DNA of 64,000 bases from Eledone cirrhosa (Eukaryota): assembly GCA_964016885.1 (NCBI GenBank), contig OZ024740.1, forward strand, positions 419,430,001-419,494,000. Direction: 5' to 3'. Each line of letters opens with the position of its first letter. The first letter of the stretch is position 1. The notes under the pieces are model-generated. The model had not been told where the DNA came from and made no database searches. It saw only the letters and a list, made by a program, of their open reading frames with translations. Of this stretch, positions 62,091 through 64,000 are shown one piece after another. A program made the translations under genes and the position numbers.

Positions 62091-64000
62091 TTTGCAAAAA
62101 ATATATATATTTTCAATTATTCAAAGAGTTGTCTAGTCAAGTGCCACAAGCCCTTCTTTGATATTAAAATTAAATTTCCGCTTCAGATCTATATTTTATA
62201 AAAAATATAAGTTTACATATCTGCATAGTGTCAACATTCGTCATATCGATTTTATGGATGGTATCTTTCATTATCATTCTGTCGTGTCAAACCAATTTTT
62301 CTAACAAAATTTCAAAATGAAAACAGGGGGGAAATTTATGTAAACTCACATAGACTTTTATTTTTAACATCAAAACATTCCTCTTGTTCAGAAACAGTCT
62401 TTCATCTATCTTCTGTATTTTGCATTTTATCATTTTATCATATTATTGTGATAATTGTACATTAATACATGAGGTAAATATTCCAATGATGAGTTACTTT
62501 CTCCATAATATAGTTTTTTCACCATTCTTAAATAAAGATGTAGCTGTGAATTGGTAGTCATTAGAATGTTGAATAGAGTGCTTTGCAGAATTATTTTCGG
62601 CTCTCTGCTTTTGATTCACAGTTCAAATTCTGTTGAGATCAACTTTGCCTTTCATCCATTTGAGGTCGATAAAGAACCAGTCTAGTACTGGGGTCAATTC
62701 TTCCTCTATATCGCTTTCTCAATTTAATTCTCTCACTTTCTATCCTTCTCTGTATTCAGACCAGGAGAGGGGATGGGCTCTGCCAGGTATATATATATAA
62801 AAAAGCCCTAAAATTACAATATGCCAATATGGTACCCCTATGATTCCCTTGGGAGTTAAGGGGCTTTTACTTAATTAAAAATTTTAATTCATACACGTGC
62901 ATACACACATACATGGGCAAATATACACATACACACACGTGTGTACATGCAGTGTGTATCAACACAGATTATAGGCAAAAGTGCCTGAGAGGAGTGTTCT
63001 ATCCATCAATTTGCCCCACCTTTTCTTTAGCCTTACCCCACTCCATAACATTTTGCTCCTACTCCCTTTTGTATTGAAGTTTTCCATATCTATCTACGAC
63101 CTCTTACCTAAATTTAGTTTCGGCTATATATTGTATAAGTTTCACCTGAACATCACTCTTTTGATAAGCAGGTAACTTTTCTCTTTTACTTACTAGGATC
63201 TTAGTCTTTGTTGGGTGACTTTAAGACCCCTGCTTTCCATGTTTGGAATTTCTCCCTCCCCCCCCCCCCATCTATCTTTCTCTCTAGAGAGAGAGATTAT
63301 ATATATATATTGGTGTTAGGAAGGACATCCAGCCGTAGAAAACCTGCAGACAGTCCTATACAAGCAAGACAACCAATCTTGCCTCACGTGGGACAATTCC
63401 CGTCTAAACCCATGCTAGCATGGAAGATAGACGTTAAACGATGTTGATGATGATGATGATATGTATATATTGGTATAACTTAACAGCTATAAGGATATGT
63501 GTGTGTTCCTTTATCTGCACTTATCTTATTAATGCTTACCATATATACTTGAATATAGCCAAGGAATATATGGCCAAAAGGTTAATGGCAAAATAGGTTT
63601 GGGTGGTCGGCTTATATTTGGGGTCAATATTTTACCAATTTTCACCAACTTCAAATTCTACATAAATAAGGTGCTAAGATATCTGGAGTGATTATTTTAC
63701 AAGGAAACATTGGTTTTCTACATTTACTACATCATCAATAGTGTTATTTATGCATTCCCTTGAAAATATTTTTAACAATTTTTTTATAATTTGAATGCTT
63801 TAATGCATAAATATCCCATACACATCCACTCATGTGCACACGCATCACACGTGCATATGTGAACACATACATGTTTTTCTCAGACTATATTTTCTTTCAA
63901 TCTTCTGATTTGATTTTATTGCTCTCACACTCTCCCCATGTTCTCGCATTGCCTCGCCTCTCCTACTCTATGAATTCCTTTACAAAGTTCTCTTATTCAA

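Overview
AT-rich, microsatellite-dense animal DNA, mostly intronic or intergenic. Repeat content and style suggest an Octopus or other cephalopod genome (inference). The only intact host ORF is an intronless GT92/DUF23 glycosyltransferase (54328-55815, +), and there is one candidate 27-nt microexon. The rest is transposon-derived: a decayed 5'-truncated RTE LINE plus many short RTE 3' copies, a Helitron cluster with a head-to-tail CTAG|TC junction, a Penelope GIY-YIG remnant, CR1 and mariner remnants, two tRNA-headed SINE families, TTAA-flanked MITEs and tandem arrays. The most notable signal, read by eye, is self-cleaving ribozyme motifs. An HDV-like ribozyme with an unusual hairpin inserted in L3 starts exactly at the 5' end of a bipartite non-autonomous RTE element (58001-58710, -). 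Six loci carry minimal type I hammerhead motifs (intact or decayed) from different sequence families, mostly inside small inverted-repeat elements in (TA)n tracts, including a ~500-bp palindrome with a hammerhead on each strand. All folds were assigned manually and are untested. Repeat boundaries are approximate.
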